64,000 nucleotides of DNA from Tubulanus polymorphus (taxonomy: Eukaryota; Animalia; Nemertea). Below are positions 44,901 to 58,165 of this stretch, piece by piece (within the stretch, counting starts at the first letter, position 1; each line of letters starts with the position of its first letter). The position numbers and the translations under genes were made by a program. The notes under the pieces are model-generated. The model saw only the letters and a program-made list of their open reading frames with translations, was not told the DNA's origin and made no database searches. Where the stretch lies: the NCBI RefSeq assembly GCF_964204645.1, contig NC_134027.1, forward strand, positions 24,824,560 to 24,888,559, given 5' to 3'.

Positions 44901-47900
44901 ATCTCGGAAGAGGATCCGTTCAAAGTTAAACCAAACATGAAAACTGTTTCATAGGTTTGGGTAAAATTGCAACCAAACCGCGATGGAGTTTGGCCGCAAA
45001 CTTTGCGCGAAATATCTTACGTTTATCGTGAGTCGTTTTGCGAACATCTTTCCTCCGCTCAACACCGATGTATTCGTCGTTTTTTCCTCGGTGATCGCTT
45101 CATTTCTATAAACAGATCTTTCGTTTTCGAAGTCGATGTTTTCGGTTTCTGCGGCGAGCATTATAGTGAGGAAGTCTGGTCTACCGGTCTGCGTGGTAGT
45201 CGAATAAAAAAAAAAAACAAGGACAAAGTTGAATTCAGATTTTTTGCAGCTTTTTCAAAAACCTCCGTAAAATGATTGATTGAATTCTTTACCGGATTCT
45301 GTTTTCTATCTTTGATGATTTCCATGCACTTTTTCTTCAGGAAACCCGTCATCCACGCATTTTTAACTGGTGCAAATAGTACGCGTAGGAAACTTTTGAA
45401 CTCGGGTAGAGCCACTGAAAAAAAGATGATGAAAGTTAGGTTGAACTTTCAAACAAGAGCCCGGAATTGATGCAACTGCAAGTACATGGTCCTTAGATTG
45501 TGTATAGAACAAAAATGAGTTTTGACTGGTCTTAAGTTGTTAGATCGGTTATAGATCCAAAATGAGTTCAGACTGGTCTTAAGTTGTTAGATTGGCTATT
45601 GAACCAAAATAAGCTTAGACTCGTCTTAAATTGTTAGATTGGTTATAGATCCAAAATTAGCTTAGACTGGTCCTAAGTTGTTAGATTGGTTATAGACCCA
45701 TGAAATTATCTTACATTAATGTACTCGCAATGCGAATGGCCTCAGGGTCCAATCTTTAGATAGACTTAAACGATGAAATTTAAACTAGACACTAGAAATG
45801 GCCCGCAAGAATTTCAGTCTATACCTGCTGATGTTAACATGGCTTTAACGGCGAAAGGCATTTTGTCGGGCTGTAGACGCGAGAATACGTGACGACACGC
45901 GACCAAGAACGGATCAGACGGATTACTCTGCGACTGTACCTGTATACCAAAAGCCACCGACGCTATCACGTCTAACGTTAACCCTTGGAAAATTCTATAT
46001 AAAACAAGGAAATAAAACTTCAATTGAATGATTTTTAAACGATACAATCAACAAGGACTCGATTAGGTCTTGCGGTATCTAAAAACTGAGAGGACAACAC
46101 CGTCAGCCTATACCAATGGTTTAGACTAGGTACTAACTGTAATATGTCGAAAGTTTTTCCCTGTTTGTTTTTAGCGTCTAACGATTCCATCATAGTCCCG
46201 ATACAATCTTGCACAAGGGGCGTCATCTGGAAAGGGCAAACAAAGTCCGAACTTTATATTAAGAAACCTAGGAAAAATTTCGTTTTTTTCAATCGAAGAT
46301 TTGACCGTGTCGCAATAGGCCTCGGCAAATGAGTCGTATTTTTTCTTTTTTTTGTATTTTTTTTTTACAATATTCACCTTTTTCATTTTATTTGTCGAAA
46401 ATGCGGGACTGACAATGCTGCGCAGGCGTTTCCAGCGGAAGCCCTCGGCGAGAAACATGCTGATATTTTCTGGTTTCGACGGATCATCTCCGATTGCGAA
46501 AAGCTAAACAAGATTAGAAAAACACAAAGAAACATTATAAATGTTTGAAATAGGGAAAGATTAGAATGTGTCTGATGTCTAGAGAATTGATCTGGTAGTC
46601 TTACCTTTCTTGCCGAAAATTTACTAAATTCTTTCACGAATACTTGCTGAATGACGTCGAGGTCTGACGTCACCAGAACCGGCGTGTTGGCGCTCTCGTA
46701 ATACCTGTGTCAAAAAACAAGTGTCATCGCTGATAACCCTGAGTCACGTGGAAAGTCTGATAAACCTATTAACCTTGACCCCGGTGTTAGTGAAGATATA
46801 TGAAACCCTAGTAGAATAGGGGACTGGGTCCAAATCTCCCTATGACATCATCAAATCGATTACTAGTTATTGGACCGTTCAGCCACACACACGATAGGTG
46901 CATCTAGGCCGATACTTAGTTCGCAAAGGTTACCGCACTCCGGGTACAAATTTCATGTGATCATAATTACCCGTATGTTGAACCGTATTTCTGCGTCCAT
47001 TTTCGGACTGTTTGACTGGGGCCCTGAAATACAAAACTTGTAATTGAACTCCCTGGAAACTGTAAGTTGCACAGTCGGACGATAAAAGTAGAACATAGTC
47101 TTAAAACTAGGACCGCGGTCTCAAGTTTTAGACTGGCGCAACGTCCCTGATATTCACCAGAAACCTATTTTAGTCAAATGAATAATGATCCTGGTCGAGG
47201 CTTTTTCTACTTACTAATTCCTGGAGTTGAACTGCATTTGCGAATAGGATATTCGGTTGCGGTCCTGGAATACCACGATCTTTGAAAAACGAATATTTTT
47301 GTTTTCGCTGCCTATAAATGGAATGTTTGACACAAGAAAAAACGATTATTCAGATGACGTTCGGGCGGAAATAACGTTCACTTAAAATGCTTTCTGAGGA
47401 CTTCAACGATTCAATAGCATTATTGCTGATTTACTTAGGGTAGGTTTCGTTTGAATATATTCCGGTTTAGGAAAAGAAAAGAAATTCCGGATTACAAACT
47501 CGCTACCGGTCGCATCTATCAGGTGTACGGAATATGCTATTCCGAGGAAGAGCGTATATTTCCGTCGAAACGAACGCCTCAGAAAAAAATAGAGACCAAA
47601 AGAGAACAATCGAAACTTGCCTTATTCTATGAAAATATGCTTGTTATTTGCTAATAACAGCCTTATGGTTCTTGACTCAAACGATCCATGAATTAGTGTT
47701 AGGCCATCTTTCAGAAATGTGCGTCATTATGTTGGTTCAATTGAAATATTTTTTGTTACAGTTTGAGTAAATACGAGCAAATCACTTTCACTATTATATA
47801 ATAACTAAGTGGATCCAGTTCCACAGTTGTGAGTTAGATTTGAATCGCGAGTTGAAATCTTAAGTTCGTTTCCGATGTTTAAACTCTAAGAGCCAAATCT

Positions 47901-48005
47901 AAAACTGCAACTGCGAAGCTGGATCTTGCTGGTGCTTGCGGCTTACCTGTAGAAAATCCACACCAGAACACCGACGATAACAGCTAATACGGCGCTAACA
48001 TACAT
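41925..48005 (-). CDS. Cytochrome P450, clan 3 (CYP3A-like), 13 exons, 537 aa
   Basis: Exons 48005-47947, 47311-47215, 47023-46971, 46704-46605, 46503-46378, 46226-46138, 45994-45825, 45414-45293, 45188-45021, 44558-44412, 43668-43580, 42908-42762 and 42171-41925 (1614 nt, phases consistent). N-terminal TM anchor, GIPGPQP, WKRLR, AGYETTS, EVLR, FDPERF and the heme motif FGAGPRNCIG. Confidence 0.96.
44632..44935. repeat. Degenerate copy of the 39-bp minisatellite in CYP intron 9
   Basis: About 7 units of CAACTGTGGAACTGGA....AAACCCA. Confidence 0.85.
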
Positions 48006-48060
48006 GTCGATCGATTCAGGCTATAGCTACAAGTTTTTACATAAGGCCTCAATCAGCTCC

Positions 48061-48070
48061 GTTTTATATA
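48061..48070 (-). promoter_or_regulatory. Putative TATA box of the CYP gene
   Basis: TATATAAAAC on the minus strand, ~55 nt upstream of the ATG at 48005. Confidence 0.55.
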
Positions 48071-50951
48071 ACGAGAACGTAGGCTAAAGGTCACGAAATA
48101 AGTACGTCGTCGTCGGTGTCGGTGATTAATAAAAGACGTGCAGCGCACGAGACACACTTTTCTACAGAGATTTCAAAGCGTCATACGTATTTTCTTTAAG
48201 AAACCTCTATTTCAGTTATCAGGGGTCACAGATAAATGTTATTTATTCAAACATATAAAATCAATGTAACTTAAACGTTGTGGTCGTTATGCGTTATGGA
48301 ATCTTAACCGATTTGGCGCGAAGCCCGAACGAACGCTTTCACCTTCTCCTAAGTCGGTTGATAAAAATATTCGTGTGACAATCTTATCATAATTCCATGC
48401 TGTTGGTCGCATTTATATACGTTATTGTATCGTCTGTCTGTCCGTCCGAGATTCAGGATAGGTTTTATCGATTAGAAAAACCGATTCTACTGATTTGCCC
48501 TACATGAAACGTCGATTCACATGACACGAACAACCGCCAGGACCCGGTTTGGGAATGTTAATAAACGACAACCTTCTCATTCTCAATGATTCCAACGATT
48601 CAGTGAAATTACGATTAGTTACTATTGACGATTTTCTCATTATCAGTGACTTTGACGATTCAGTAAAAACAAGATACTTGTTACTTTGATAAACACCAAT
48701 CAACATTTATTCTCGCAACCATCATTAATTTAAATGGCAAATTACAATTTGCAATATGAGAAAATATATGTAACTTTGAATATTTCAACATTTGGAGTTC
48801 ACTGAATTATATTGGATATGTTCTCTTTCAACCCATCATTGCATGGGTGCAACATTCTGAAAATCTAGGTCAAGGCCAAATGCCAAATTTGACTATGTAT
48901 ATTGTTTACTGGTATCTTTGTGGTTTAACAATCTATGAGTGAAACAATTTTCATTCAAATAAAAGGGGGCTCGGGATCTACAGGGTTATTCTACAATATT
49001 GTACATAGTAATTATGTAGCAGAACACATTCAAAAGGAAAGATGAAAGATAAGGCCAAAAAACTGTTCGGGATTATTGGCCATTTACCAGGAATTGAACC
49101 GTTATTTCACTGTAAAAGCTCCTGTAGCGACATTGTTGATCTAATGATGCGCGGGATACGAATGAATAGAATCACAGCCTGTATGAAAAGGCGTCGTTTT
49201 TTCATCCGTGTTGCGAAATAAATGCAAACAATGTGATATAATGACTGGTTCTGTGATATTTGCGCTGGTGCTGGTTAGCAGCTGTATGAATCAAACAACT
49301 TATTGAAATTGTTCGCACGACTAGTGTCAGGACTAGAGTCAGGAAAACGATCGAACACATTTCAAACAATAACATTGCGTCAATTTTGTACAATAACAAT
49401 AAAGAGCGTGGATGTATTGAAATCAAATCATATATATTATATCATGTCATATATAATGTTATTGGTCATCGTAACACATTTTGTACATAATCTTAATTAT
49501 TATCATAATCAGGACCATCACAAATACGTTAATTAGGATCATTATTTAAGCCCGATCTCGTAATTAAATGGTTTGACTATACGCACTAGAAGAGAATCAA
49601 ACACCGTGATTAACTTGACAATGAATTGAAGTAACTTAATCGAGTGTTAGCAGGCTTTGCGAAACCGGCCCTCGGTCGGAACGATTAATAATTATCGTAA
49701 TGTTATTGTTAATTTTGAGATCAGTTGTAAATTCGTTGAATCGAAAATCCATTTGCCTATTCGTGCACCTAATGCACTAATGTAACACGTATATAACTCA
49801 TTAAAGGGAATGGTTATCTGCACATACGTCACAGGGAAACAACACCGCGGTACGTATGTACCGAGCGTTTCGTCGTGTGTACCTGATCTTTAACTCAGAA
49901 CGATCACACGGGCACGATTTGGTCTGGCGTCAAATTCGAACTGTGCTAATTAGAAAGCGCGTTCACGCGTAAATCACTGACTCGCAACTAAAATGCTGTG
50001 GTAAGTGAGGTTAGTCATGTCAGAACCGGTTAGCATTCACATCCAATAATTTGACCCGTCCTGATCCGACGTTTTTCGTCGGGCCAAAATAGGCGCGTGT
50101 GTCGTATACAGGTGATGGTCCTAGGTACCGGTGCGAATGGTTTGCCCGGGCCTAGTCCGGCACGGGCCAAATTTGGCATTGGGTAGATAATGATCGAGTG
50201 ACAGCACAGTAAAAGTCGTCATTGAAACACTCGGAACCATTTCTATTTCAAATCACACTTGGAATTCTAGTTCATTTGATTCTTAGGTGAAATATCAACT
50301 AATAACTCTGAAATCTCTAAACAAGTTTTCTAAACAAGGCAATGATTGCTCCATTCAATCGACGGACAGAACCTTGTTGGTGGAGATTGTACTGTGATCC
50401 ATACTGGACCCACGAGTCAAATAAAACCCGGCGTAACTGAATTTGGAACTGGGTTAGATTAAAGCCCTTCAACCGTAGACCAAGAGCCAGTTGTCGTGAC
50501 TTACTTACAAAAGTGGTATGAAGTCTTAAAACTGGTTCTTAAATTGGTTATAGAACTAAGTTTTAAACTGGTCTTAAACCTAAAGCCATAGCCGTGCAAC
50601 TGACCCATGGGCCTAGAGTCAAACAAAAACTATTAATGTCTAGCTAAGTGGGCAGGCAGTCCATTCTGAAGTGAAGAGTTTTAGAGGCGCCGTGTTAACC
50701 AGGTGTCAGGTCAGTAAACGCGAAGAAACATTGTCCTTAGTAGGAAAACTTGATGTAATTAGAAATACAATACCAGCTTCTGCTATCGAAGCTTCATCCA
50801 GTACGGTAAATAAGTTCAGCTTCACCAAGTAAATAACTTCACTTGATAATGCTACAAAGTGCTCTCTGTCTAAGTACTACGTAACTGTTTTTAAATTTCC
50901 CACTCTGTCCACTGAAACAGTTAAACGAGTCATGAATGAAATGCACACTTT

Positions 50952-53900
50952 TCATCGGCGCAAATGAAGAGATTGTCTTTGCGGGGATGAAGGAGGCAAT
51001 GCCATGGATCCGTATTCCCTTGCAGGGCTCTGTCCGATGCGACCGTCATTTCTAGAAATAGACGATACGGACAACGACAGGTTAGTCTCTTCGCTTTGAC
51101 TCTTATTAGACGCGTTTTGCTCTTCGTCGCTTTCGCTTTCCTCTTTATGGTGACTGACGCAGACGACAGTCAGTCTGTAAAACTGCAAAATCAACACCAA
51201 AATATTCTTACACGTGAAGAAATAAATCGTGTACGTGCTCACTTTAAAATACGCCACCGCCACCAGCCTCAGGGCCAAGAAAGGAAGATCCAACATGAAT
51301 ATCATGATCAAAATGCTCCAAACTTCGCTTTCGCAACAGAAACAACCTTTGTAAGCGGAGTTTTCCATAGTTTCCGGGTTGACCTTGAAGGCGCGGTCCC
51401 TCGTGGCGGTCAGCACGAGCGTGAACTGCATCAGGCTCCACGACCAGGCGGCCAGAATGCAGAAGATGAACGGCAAACTGTCGAGAATTCCCGGCTCGTC
51501 GAATATAGCGAATAGCTCGACGACATCGGCTGCCAGACCCAGATAGACCAGCAGGAGCTGAGATAGTTGATCGTGCGACATTTCACCTTTCGGCATCAGC
51601 CATCTTGTTATGATGAGGATCAGTAACATCGCCTGTTCGATGAATAAAATCCACTCTTCGTCTTCTAGGTTCAGCGGAATCTGAAATGGACAATTATTAA
51701 GTTTGAATTTAGTGAGGTGGGCAACATGGTTTAAGAAGCGTTCGGGATGCTGCCAGGTCGATGGGTACGATTCCCGATTGCCACAATAGTCGACGGCTGC
51801 GCATTAGTGCATCCTCACTTGCCATAAGTGAAATCTTCTAGTTGTTGATGTACTACTGCACACTAGTGACGCCTGGGGATCCTCGCTTGCCACAAATGGA
51901 ATCATTTATCACCGCAGTAGCTGATATACTACTGTATGCTAGCGGCACCTGGTCGATCCTCAATTGCCACAAGTAGAATTCTCTATTACGGCAGTAGCTG
52001 ATGTCCTACAGCACACTAGCACGCCTGGCGGATCCCCACTTCCCATAATGTGGCATCCACGATTGCCACAAGATCGCCGAGTCGTCAATCCCATTTTCCC
52101 TCAACCCGTACACACAAAAACAGACCGCGGCGTGCACATAAATCACACTGGCGAATTAATAAAATCGAATAGATATCATGTATTTGATTACAACAGCAAG
52201 TGTTGCCGAAAATGAATATATTTGAACATATGTTTCTCGTATATACAGTGATATTGTGTACGCGGGGTTCACGGTACTCTCGCCATACGACATGCGAACC
52301 TTCGAAATCGATACGCAACAAACGTATTTATATACACACATACTCGTCTGTTTCATAATCTCATTTTTCTGAAAGTTTCGCTAGATTTTTCGATATTTTA
52401 AATCGTTCGGTTTTTTTCCATCGTCGGTTTGTCGCTGTACCCAGTATTTGCAAACGGGCACGAGATGAACTGTTTAGTGGAAAAACACCACTATTGACAT
52501 TTCACAACCGCGCTCAAAACACAAACGCGCAGTGTCAATACAAAACTGACGGAGATTATTTCAGTCATCGGATCATAGAAATAGCGGGATAAAACTATAT
52601 GTATATAAAAGTCTAGTAAATGGGTGCAGCGGGACCCGCCTGAGTTTTAATGGGACGATATTGATAACTAGGCGTCGGCGATATATTCGACGTATGGTGT
52701 AGGCGATTCAACGTACTTCAACTTGCATTAAACCATTAAGCGACTACTTAGGTGACAGAATTTGTATTGACGAACCGATGTAGCAGTTGCCATAGACGCC
52801 GATCCTGTCCGACATGACACCGGAAGTCGCAATACCGGAAGTAATGTCGGTTCTGTATTCGTTGTAAGCTTACGCGCTGATTGGTCGATGTAGGACGGAT
52901 ACAGGATTTTGAAGGGGGGTAAAGTGCGATCAGAGGACGCTTTTGGAAAACTATAACCCTTGAAATGATTTTCCTGCCCTCGACACGATCAAAATCTGCA
53001 AATCTGATTCCAATCCAAATTTTTTTAAAAACTTTTTTAAGCCCCCGCCTAAATCTCATACTAGAGGCATTTTGTATATCGGCTATTCGTTTAGCCATTG
53101 GTAAGCGGTCCGACTGGACACCGTAAGGATATGGATGTCCATGGCTGACGGATAGAAATAATACCTCAATATCTATAACACGATTTTTTACGAAATAACG
53201 TTTTCAATGCCATTTGGTGCACACGAAATAGCTTAGAATGGCGGCAATATAAAACAGTTAATTCTTCTTTATGTTCCTTTACACACCGCATTATGGACGC
53301 CGTCTGTTGAAAAGGATATTGACAACAATGAAATATCAGTATTAGTTTTGTTCTCGACGGATCGACTAATATATCACTCGACTTATAATTTTTGCGCACA
53401 CGGTTTTTCGAACAATATTCAATTAGCGCTCCAGCTCAAGCCTCCGATATAATTAGCTTATCGAGACGGGTTTTCCAACGTTTAATTCTGAAAGAAAGCG
53501 TCCATTTTGACGAAGTTGTACACGCGCTCGGCTAAGACTCTTAATAACATCTGTGTTGACTTTCAGTACGCCCATTAAAAACATGGATATAATTTGACTT
53601 CATGCGCTAATAACTTCAGGCCTCATAAACTCTAGTTTTAACGTCCATGCTTCAGGCATTGTAACAGTAAATACGAAACTATGCAAGCCATATTCACGAA
53701 AAAAAAACAAACTCTCAAGACAGGTTTCGATTGGTCCGATTCCGGAAATCTCTTCTGTTGGCGCGTTCATTTTCGACCAGAATATGCTCTACCTATTCCG
53801 GAATAGCATAATCTGTAGAACTGATAGAAGCGGCCGGTAGAGAGAATGGCGGTTCTACCGATTCCAGAATTATCTTCCGTTTTGACCAGAATATGCTATA

Positions 53901-55858
53901 CCTTCTGGAAAATCTGTTAACCTGTTAGAAACAGCCGATAGAGAGTTTGTAATTCGGAATTGCCAGTTATAAACAGTAATACGTTCAATCGAAACCTGTC
54001 TTAAGCTTAAGAGTGTCAATCTTCGAGCGTGCACCTGCACATTGCACCCGGTTTCAAAGAATTGAATTAACAGTGACCTAAGCATTCACATATCGCAGTA
54101 GTTCTGATTTTCTCAGCTTACTGAGGTGTTGTCGTCTGGGATCCAAAATCAAAGCCCCACCTTAGTACCCTAGCATACATCCATCTTTCGACGCTCAGAA
54201 CTGCGGAGATGACGGGAACGGATCCACACGCGTCGGTTTTCACTTTTTCAGACCACTGTCCTTCCAGGTTGCCTTTTGTCAAGACAAGATCAGACAAGAC
54301 ATAAAAAATCACACATTTGACACTATTCTCTCGGATTTCTTCAAAAATATTTCTATCACCGAGGCGGCCCGCTTGCGGCATTCGGCGCGGCCACTTCATA
54401 CAAAGAATAGCCTTATTCTTTTTCTTTGAAACCAAATCTCAAAACCCATTAAAGCTTTTGATCAAATTAGTTTACGGTTTTTTGTGTCCTCGCTGTATAT
54501 CGATCATGGAAAGTAAAAAATCATATTCAAATGAGTAACAGGGATATTATGTTTTCAAGCCAAGGAAGAGCTAAATTGAATTAACAAATTAACGAACCAA
54601 TTAAGATTATAGCCATTGTTCTGTAGCTTTAGACCTGCGAATTCTCGCTGCCTTAAGCTACACAACATTGGATATTTTCATAGCGAAACCAAAACATGTA
54701 TTGTTAATTTCATTTTACACTTCCTCTCTTCCTTCGACTTAAAAAAACATGATATCCCTATTACTCATTTGGATTTTAGACTTTTAAATGAACATCATCA
54801 ACGTAGATCGGTCGGTTGGGATTGATATTTACCGTAGCTTGTACGAAATGATTGATGGCTCCGGTAGACTGAGTCGGTCGAGGGGTTCGTTGTTCGCGGC
54901 CTTGTCTCTTTTCGTCCAGGCGATGAAGCTCGAGAAACCAAATGGACGGACACGCCGTACACAGGTAGAAAAACACAGTCGGGCTGAACCTGTTGACACC
55001 GACATGGAAAGAGTAAAAGAGAAAAAATAAACGTTTTTACCAAAAATGAAATGAGATGATTCGCTTTGGGTCCGTTATTATTTTGCCAAGTTCAACTAAG
55101 TTGATTCCGAACCGACAAAAATCGGCGGAACATATTTCTAAAAATTTTGTATGAGCCGCAGTCTTCGTTTCTCAGGTTTAAAGCCAATCTAAGCTCATTT
55201 TGATTCTATGGCCAATTTTTGACTTACGTGAAACCGATATAAGCTCAGTTTGGTTCGAACGCCAACAACTTTCGTCCGGTCTAAGCTCATTTCGGTTTTG
55301 CGTGTATAGTCAATCTAAACTCATTTTGGTTGTATCGTGTTGTATGTCCAATTTAACAGTTTTAAGACCAGGCTTTACGCCCATTTCCGACTCCAGTCAG
55401 GTTTGGAACACTATAAGGCCTAGACCACATCAAGCGTCAATATCAATGGCGCCCGTAAAACCTTATTCCAGAATGATACCAAACCTTTATCAACTTTTTA
55501 ACTCCGCGGTAGGAACTGGCAGCAATTTGGGACTAAACATCAGAAAATGTTTGAAGTATTTTCAGATCTATAACTTTGTAAAATCAAGTTTTTTTGTTCA
55601 CTTTCAGGCAATAGAATATGAATATGTGAATTACGAATGATATGATGAATAAAGTGAAACGAACCATTTCCATTCGGCGCCGTGACGTTTTACCAAAACG
55701 ATCGCCGTATCGACCAGGATACCGACAAATCCGAGCAGCAGCAACCAGTAAAAACCGTCGTTTACGACGGCCACCCTCCAGACGGCCAGTAACGCGTGAA
55801 TAATCAAAATCAACCGGGCTATTACTGCCTTTATCACAGATATCAGCACGAATGCCAT
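50952..55858 (-). CDS. TMEM26: Transmembrane protein 26-like, 359 aa
   Basis: Exons 55858-55665, 54989-54833 and 51680-50952 (1080 nt). Family motifs AVIARLILIIHALLAVWRV, EWKWFSPTVFFYL..PSIWFLE, RWLMPKGEMSHDQLSQLLLVYLGLAADVVELF, WSWSLMQF, and DLPFLALRL..FFTCKN. Confidence 0.92.
51770..52075. repeat. Degenerate ~65-70-bp tandem repeat (CTAG..CGCCTGG.GATCCTC..TTGCCACAA)
   Basis: TTGCCACAA recurs at ~51778, 51820, 51887, 51964 and 52063. A related motif forms an inverted pair at 37887 and 38120. Confidence 0.65.
53718..54001. mobile_element. MITE family B (AGACAGGTTTCGATTG TIRs)
   Basis: AGACAGGTTTCGATTG ... CAATCGAAACCTGTCT. Homologous partial copies at ~40767-40935, 42250-42415 and 47441-47622. 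Confidence 0.8.
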
Positions 55859-58165
55859 TATTATTTATATATCACATTAAAGAAATCTCTCTGAATTACA
55901 AAGTCGCTCCTTCGTTCGTCGAGGATTCAGTCGTTATACATGATCTCCGGTAGGGAGAAAATCGTCGGCGACAATTTCGGTGTCTTTTTAAAAAGTTTTC
56001 AGAATTCGATCGTTAGTCCTTGTTTTCATCAGTTCAACGCGCGCACGTTGACGATGCGTTTCGATCGGGGAACTCCTCAGCTTTGATGACGTACGTAATT
56101 AGGGAGTTTTCCGAGTATATTGCATGTTTGCTGTTTTCGTTTTCGTAATCCGCACGTGTGACGAGTCGCACGGACCGACTAGTGCGCGCTCGGCTGAAAT
56201 TCGAGTAGTCCGGCGAATATCATAGATAGAATATACGCGTAAACGTTAATATCATTACGTCATTCTTTATGAATACGATTAACTCGACCGATCCCACCAA
56301 CCAGAACGCGTCGAGAGGTTCCTAATGAACACCTAGCCATCCCGCGAGCAGTATATATACTATATCAAATGTACTGTGTCGCAGCAGTGTTTTCTGGTGA
56401 GTCGAGATGCGATCTCCCGTTTCATTTAGGCTTAGTCCAATTAACCAGATGTTGACACAAAACCGCACAGGTCAATAATACAGCCATTAGCATATTTAAT
56501 ACAGTCGCTCCCTATCTAGATTCTAGGTGCGGTGTACATTTCTCTAAAAACCGTCATTAAAATACAACTATTTTCGGGTCGATATTTCGATACCGATCAC
56601 ACGGTGTTATACATCACACGGATAGGCTTCGGACGTTCACACCGGTTATAACTTAAAAAGGGTGGAATTTGAAAATATGCGAAGACAATCTGTGTAATAT
56701 TTGAATCAAGTTATCGTGGCGTTGACTGTACGTATGGCAATTACTATTTTGATAACCAGATGGCCGGTTTTAAAGACCAGCCAGTTTTAAGTTTAACCGC
56801 CTACTGTCAATGGGTCCATGTGTTATAACCTGTCGACAAAACCAGACGCTGATTTAGGATTTTTCCGATTATTTTTTTCAAAATGTGAAATATCTTCATC
56901 AGGCTAAACTTCAGTTTTCCTAGCTAGTCGACTACAGTTGGTCGGAACTAATAACCAAACGCACTATAGTTCGGTCTAGTGTCCGCCATTTTGGAACAGG
57001 TCCGGACTACAACGACACTGCTCAATCCCGTGGTCGACTATTTGTATTGCTAATTACGTACTTTATGTATCTAAGCAAACCATTTATATTTAATGTGTAC
57101 AGTATCAAATAATAAAGGAACAATTGAATCTAAAAAAAAAAACTATATCCGGACTATAGTTTCGAATAACTGACTTTCGGTTTCGCAAATAGTCGATAAC
57201 CGAAATTCTCGAAGGTCTGTCCGCCACAATTCATTCGATCGGCGGATTATGAAATGGGTGATGTTTTTAACCTTTGACAAAATGCTGTGACGATAATATA
57301 AAACCCCACGCTAAAATTGATAATTAAAAAAGTCCAAAAGAGATAGAAAAGAGATTGTCTGAGCTAGTTTCATTCCATGTTTCAATCTTCGGATATTCTT
57401 TCAGAAATATTTCATTATTCCCCAGGAGATGACTATCAGGATTTAGTCGAAACATTTGAAGTTATTTCGGACTGTGTTTTTCCTTACTGCACCATTTCAT
57501 ATAATGTATGGACGATGTTTTCATTCATCGAAATCTCGGCAAACCTCGCGACTCCCAGCCGCAGACGACAAATGAAGAGTGACGTCATTTGTTATCTTGA
57601 ATCATAATTCACTCGATGAAATTTTCCATTTTTGGATAATTTTTTTACTGGCGTTTTCGAGCCGTGCCTTGATTATACGGGAAACAATAAGGCTATACGC
57701 GACCTATGCCTGTAGCTGTTTACCAGGCGAGTATTTGCGCGGATATTCGAAAAATGTTTAGTTTTAATCATAAAATCCACCCAGGATCCGCGGGGTCTGA
57801 AAAACTAAAGCGATAATGTTGTGATCGTTGCCAAGGTAGCGCGTCACAACCGATCGGACGTTCTATGAACAACCTAGCCTCAAGTATAGACTTGGTATGA
57901 AAAATCTACTTGAAATATAAACAGGAAAATTTAGCCAACAGATCGTACGAAAAATCGAACAGCTTTCAGTTATAACTAGTTCAAATTTATTCCACTTGAT
58001 AAAAAATATATCTATTTTCACAATTCATCTAAAACAACTTAACGATATCATAACCCAGATACTGGTAACATGGAATCTCGGAATGGTCATTATTCCTGCT
58101 CATTTTGACTGGTTTTACTTTACTTCTTGTTTGGACTTGTCACTTCATTCTCTCGTTTGGACTGG

